A stretch of 64,000 bases of DNA from Patescibacteria group bacterium (GTDB lineage: Bacteria; Patescibacteriota; Patescibacteriia; UBA1558; GWA2-36-10): positions 5,030 through 69,029 of the forward strand of contig JBAZKN010000002.1 in assembly GCA_041650755.1 (NCBI GenBank), in the 5' to 3' direction. The position numbers and the translations under genes are program-made. Below, in pieces: positions 60,652-64,000 of this stretch. The notes beneath the pieces are model-generated. The model was not told the DNA's origin. It saw only the letters and a list, made by a program, of their open reading frames with translations, and ran no database searches. Position 1 is the first letter of the stretch. Every line of letters starts with the position of its first letter.

Positions 60652-62877
60652 ATGTCGGTACGACAATTTAAGACCGAGGTAGCCGGAAAAGAGCTTACAG
60701 TAGAGATCGGTAAGCTGGCTCAACAAGCTCATGGCTCTTGCACTGTCATTTATGGTGAGACAGTAGTTTTAGCAACTGCTGTGACTAGCTCAACCCAGCG
60801 CGAGGGCATAGATTATTTCCCTTTGCTGGTTGATTATGAAGAAAGGCTTTATGCTGCCGGTAAAATAAAGGGTTCGCGCTTTATCAAGCGTGAAGGCCGG
60901 GCTACCGATGAAGCAATTCTCACCTCTCGTTTGATTGATCGGTCCATCAGGCCATTGTTTAAAGAATCAGAACGGAATGACGTGCAGGTAGTGGTGACAG
61001 TTTTATCTTATGACGGCATCAATGAGCCTGATTTTCCCAGCCTGATAGCCACTTCTATAGCCTTGGGCATTTCACCGATTGTCTGGGGTGGGCCACTGGC
61101 CGGCATTAAGCTTGGTAAAATCGGCGAGGAGTGGGTAATAAACCCCAGCGTCGAGGCTAAACAAAAAAGCGAGTTTGATTTACTGGTTGCCGGCACAGCT
61201 GATCAAGTGGTAATGATTGAAGCCGGAGCCAAACAAGTCCCAGAAGACACCATGATAGCTGCTATTGAATTTGCCGGTAAGCATATTCAGCGTCTGATGC
61301 CCTTTATTGAGGGCGTTATTCGGGATGCTGGCTTACCCAAAATTCAGCCCAAGGTAGATGGAGATGCCGAAGCAGCTCAGCAGATGATTCATGATAAGGT
61401 TTTGGCATTTTTGCAAAGCAAAGATTTATTAGCTTGTTTTCAGCCCGATAAATCAAAGATGAAAACAGCCATTGAGGACATTAAAGCTGAGCTTGATCAG
61501 GTATTAAAAGTTGATAATGAAGTTTCTAAAGATGCTCGAGCCATGGGGGTAGCCATGCTCGATTCTATGTTAGAGAAATCTTTCAAATCTTTGGTTTTGG
61601 ATAAAAAACAGCGTCCAGATGGCCGCGCTTTTGATGAAATCAGACCACTATCTGCTGAAGTGGGGATTTTGCCCCGCACTCATGGCAGTGGTTTATTTGC
61701 TAGGGGCGAAACCCAGGTTTTGTCTATAGTGACTTTGGGTGCGCCGGGAGATCAGCAGCTGCTTGATTCAATGGAAGAATCTGGTTCCAAGCGCTATATG
61801 CATCATTATAATTTTCCGGGGTTTTCTACGGGTGAAGTAAAGCCTTTGCGCGGTCCGGGTCGTCGGGAGATCGGCCACGGCGCCTTAGCTGAAAAAGCCC
61901 TAGTGCCAGTTTTGCCGGATGAGGAGAGCTTTCCCTATACTATCCGGGTTGTTTCTGAAGTATTGAGCTCAAACGGTTCATCTTCACAAGCCTCTATCTG
62001 TGGTTCCACCTTATCCTTGATGGACGCTGGTGTGCCAATTATTGCGCCGGTAGCTGGTATTGCCATGGGTTTGGTAGTTGATGATAATGACCCCAAAAGA
62101 TATGAGATTCTGACAGATATCCAGGGCATTGAAGATCATTCTGGCCATATGGATTTTAAAGTAGCGGGCACCGAAGCTGGCATTACCGCCATTCAATTGG
62201 ATATAAAATTGGGCGGCATTAGCTATCAGGTTGTCAAAGAGACCATTCAGCGGGCCCGTGAAGCTAGAATGAAGGTTTTGTCGGTCATGAAGCAGGCAAT
62301 TGCCGCTCCGAGAGCGGAACTTTCTCCTTATGCGCCGCGGATTATTACTTTGCGCATTGATCCGGATAAAATTCGGGAAGTTATTGGTACTGGTGGTAAA
62401 ATCATCAATGAAATTATTGATAAATGTAATGTCCAGATCGACATTGAGCAGGATGGTTTGGTATTAATTACTTCTACCGACCAAGTTGGCGCTCAAAAGG
62501 CCAAGCAGTGGATAGAAAACATTGTCAAAGATATTACGGTGGGTGAAATTTATGAAGGTAAAGTCACCCAAATAATCAAAGACAAAAATAATGGCAATGA
62601 AATAGGCGCTATTGTAGAATTGTTGCCAGGTAAAGATGGTATGGTTCATATTTCCCAAATTTCTCACTCAAGAATTGCCAAGATCACTGACGTGGTAAAT
62701 ATTGGCGACACAGTCAGAGTCAAGGTAATGGATGTGGATACTGCCAATAATCGCATTAGTTTATCCATGAAAGAGCTTGTGCCCCGTCCAGCCGGCTTGC
62801 CGGAGCATGACACCAGAGATTTTCGGCCTCGTCGTCCCGGCGGTCCAGCCAAAAAGCCATTTTTTAAGCGCTCATAA
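60652..62877 (+). CDS. pnp: Polynucleotide phosphorylase
   Basis: Two RNase PH domains, KH and S1 domains (GEIYEGKVTQIIK...), and a basic C-terminal tail. 741 aa. Classical rpsO-pnp synteny. Confidence 0.9.
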   Translation: MSVRQFKTEVAGKELTVEIGKLAQQAHGSCTVIYGETVVLATAVTSSTQREGIDYFPLLVDYEERLYAAGKIKGSRFIKREGRATDEAILTSRLIDRSIRPLFKESERNDVQVVVTVLSYDGINEPDFPSLIATSIALGISPIVWGGPLAGIKLGKIGEEWVINPSVEAKQKSEFDLLVAGTADQVVMIEAGAKQVPEDTMIAAIEFAGKHIQRLMPFIEGVIRDAGLPKIQPKVDGDAEAAQQMIHDKVLAFLQSKDLLACFQPDKSKMKTAIEDIKAELDQVLKVDNEVSKDARAMGVAMLDSMLEKSFKSLVLDKKQRPDGRAFDEIRPLSAEVGILPRTHGSGLFARGETQVLSIVTLGAPGDQQLLDSMEESGSKRYMHHYNFPGFSTGEVKPLRGPGRREIGHGALAEKALVPVLPDEESFPYTIRVVSEVLSSNGSSSQASICGSTLSLMDAGVPIIAPVAGIAMGLVVDDNDPKRYEILTDIQGIEDHSGHMDFKVAGTEAGITAIQLDIKLGGISYQVVKETIQRAREARMKVLSVMKQAIAAPRAELSPYAPRIITLRIDPDKIREVIGTGGKIINEIIDKCNVQIDIEQDGLVLITSTDQVGAQKAKQWIENIVKDITVGEIYEGKVTQIIKDKNNGNEIGAIVELLPGKDGMVHISQISHSRIAKITDVVNIGDTVRVKVMDVDTANNRISLSMKELVPRPAGLPEHDTRDFRPRRPGGPAKKPFFKRS

Positions 62878-62902
62878 TCAAAAAATTTGCGACTTTAGTC
62901 CC

Positions 62903-64000
62903 GTGCCTATCAAAGAATCGCTAAAAAATAAAGCAGCCTTTTTAAAAATAAAATTTATTTGGTTTATTTTGGCGTTAGTATTTATTTTTATAGTGGCCAT
63001 GCTGTGGACGCCAAAACATTCCTTGCCAGCCATTAGCTATTTGCCCCAAGATACTGTTTTTTATTATCAATGGTCCAATCAAGAAACATTTAATCAGCAG
63101 GTTTTGGCTAAATTACCAATTATTGATGCCAGTATCCCCCAAGAGCAGCTTAGCAAATTGCAGCAGATACTTTTGGATGGTTTTGGCCAAGCCAAAGAGA
63201 TTGTTTGGTTCAAAGTAAAGGACGATAGTGACGATCACTATTTGGTTCGTTTCGATAAATCTAGGTCCATTCTCAAGTGGCTGCAAGAATATCAGATTGA
63301 TTACCTTTTTGTTGAGCCAGGTAAAAATGTTATTTTGATTTCCCATTCAGCTAGTCTTGTAGCTTCGGCGGATAGCGGAGCGCACTTTGATGTTTCAGAG
63401 AACGATTTGGGTCAGGGCGTGAATATATATTGGTCCACCCAGGACTCTCCGCAATTTTTAAAAAATTTATCTGCTTGGCTGAAAATTTCTACTGATAATC
63501 CCCATGTCTATACCAATATCAAGCTGCTGGATTCTGGTAAAACATCCTTTAATCTTTGGCAAGATAAACTACGCAAAGTGATAAACTCCACTTCTACAGT
63601 TACGTGGCCCAATGACGCCCAAATTCCTTATAACATTGATTTGGCCCTAGGTTTTTCTAGCGGTTTAAATCAAGAGGAGCAGGGTTTGATAAAAAGTTAT
63701 ATTTTGCAGCCGCTATTTGCCGACTTACCATATTATAAATTGGGAGAAAAAGATATGGCCAGGCTAATGCAGGGTAATTTTATCCTAAAAAATAGTGACG
63801 GTTGGCTGATGATGAGTCGATTAGATTGGCAGAGCCAAGCAGCTGCTTTACTGCCCAGTTTTGATTTAACTGAAGTTAAAAAAGTTCTGCCTGATGGCAC
63901 GGCCTATATAGAGTATTTAGCCAGCTCTACTCAAGCCATCAATAGCCAGGATAAGAATAACCAGAATGTCAAACAATACGATTATCGGAGCCATGTCTAT
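62903..64000 (+). CDS. Hypothetical membrane-anchored protein, 3'-partial (runs off the window); not in the supplied ORF track
   Basis: Open frame from GTG 62903 (alternative ATG at 62999) to the window end, over 360 codons. N-terminal TM segment FIWFILALVFIFIVAML. AT-rich host-like codons. Confidence 0.5.
   Translation, partial: MPIKESLKNKAAFLKIKFIWFILALVFIFIVAMLWTPKHSLPAISYLPQDTVFYYQWSNQETFNQQVLAKLPIIDASIPQEQLSKLQQILLDGFGQAKEIVWFKVKDDSDDHYLVRFDKSRSILKWLQEYQIDYLFVEPGKNVILISHSASLVASADSGAHFDVSENDLGQGVNIYWSTQDSPQFLKNLSAWLKISTDNPHVYTNIKLLDSGKTSFNLWQDKLRKVINSTSTVTWPNDAQIPYNIDLALGFSSGLNQEEQGLIKSYILQPLFADLPYYKLGEKDMARLMQGNFILKNSDGWLMMSRLDWQSQAAALLPSFDLTEVKKVLPDGTAYIEYLASSTQAINSQDKNNQNVKQYDYRSHVY

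Noticed and set aside
63113-63346. 77-aa minus-strand ORF from the ORF track
   Set aside because: It lies antisense inside a much longer open plus-strand frame that continues off the window.
1-64000. CRISPR arrays
   Set aside because: No run of regularly spaced direct repeats of 24-48 bp was found anywhere in the window.

Overview
This 64-kb window comes from a low-GC (about 36-40% GC) bacterial chromosome with CPR/Patescibacteria-like gene content. The native genes almost never have a Shine-Dalgarno sequence and sit behind AT-rich sigma70-type promoters, some effectively leaderless. Recognisable backbone genes include:
- cmk (3' truncated), an RluD-like pseudouridine synthase, a cNMP/GAF regulator with pilT, and a B12 salvage trio (membrane protein, DUF4430, CobO/BtuR) next to a class II ATP-cone ribonucleotide reductase (nrdJ);
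- an HD hydrolase, a beta-CASP MBL nuclease, CYTH and DUF2207 proteins;
- an Fe-S/oxidative-stress cluster (peroxiredoxin, patatin-like, Fe/Mn SOD, NifU, cysteine desulfurase, ferredoxin);
- 2-oxoacid:ferredoxin oxidoreductase alpha (gamma-alpha fusion) and beta, a prepilin-type pilin and an 886-aa surface protein, rpe-rpiB, a DUF333 lipoprotein and a 4xFN3 surface protein;
- two ECF sigma/anti-sigma pairs flanking purA, a MacAB-like efflux operon, an M23 peptidase, proS, an SdpR/SdpI-like pair, mgtA, a purD-like gene, a second patatin, PEBP, a PRTase, a Xer-like tyrosine recombinase, rpsO-pnp, and a 3'-partial ORF that the supplied ORF track omits.
- RNA genes: tRNA-Arg(TCG), tRNA-Lys(CTT), tRNA-Arg(TCT), tRNA-His(GTG), and three tRNA fragments or pseudogenes.

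The most unusual signal is a set of at least 10 short (0.16-1.7 kb) high-GC (about 50-62%) segments embedded in this AT-rich backbone. Each is a compact cassette, sometimes preceded by a near-consensus host-style TTGACA-N17-TATAAT promoter, with a GC-rich leader hairpin, a strong AAGGAGG-type Shine-Dalgarno, one to three small ORFs with GC3-rich codon usage, and an intrinsic terminator. Cargo comprises a PlsC-like acyltransferase, three small membrane proteins, two convergent Cys-rich mini-proteins, a DUF218-like protein, a 51-aa hydrophobic peptide, a MYG1-like hydrolase, a PepT-like M20 peptidase, a 70-aa basic protein and a secreted Cys-containing protein.

Three pieces of structure are associated with these cassettes:
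- The PepT-like cassette is bounded by perfect 44-bp direct repeats, the left one overlapping the 3' end of tRNA-His.
- Two other cassettes are each bordered by one copy of a 66-bp three-hairpin element. Its 17-bp outer arms carry GTTAAAT/ATTTAAC boxes (Xer XerD-arm / integron attC R-box-like) and its inner stems differ by compensatory base changes. One copy starts 2 nt from the tyrosine recombinase start codon.
- A free-standing LAGLIDADG homing endonuclease gene sits between tRNA-Arg and tRNA-His, and a 17-nt palindromic motif is shared by two tRNA loci, one copy inside a disrupted tRNA-Lys.

Other notable items are a sigmaW-like ECF promoter motif (TGAAAT-N17-CGTAT) found three times, a tandem trio of tiny single-TM peptide ORFs behind a promoter, direct repeats and an attenuator-like hairpin, and a peroxiredoxin with a Cys-rich N-terminal extension.
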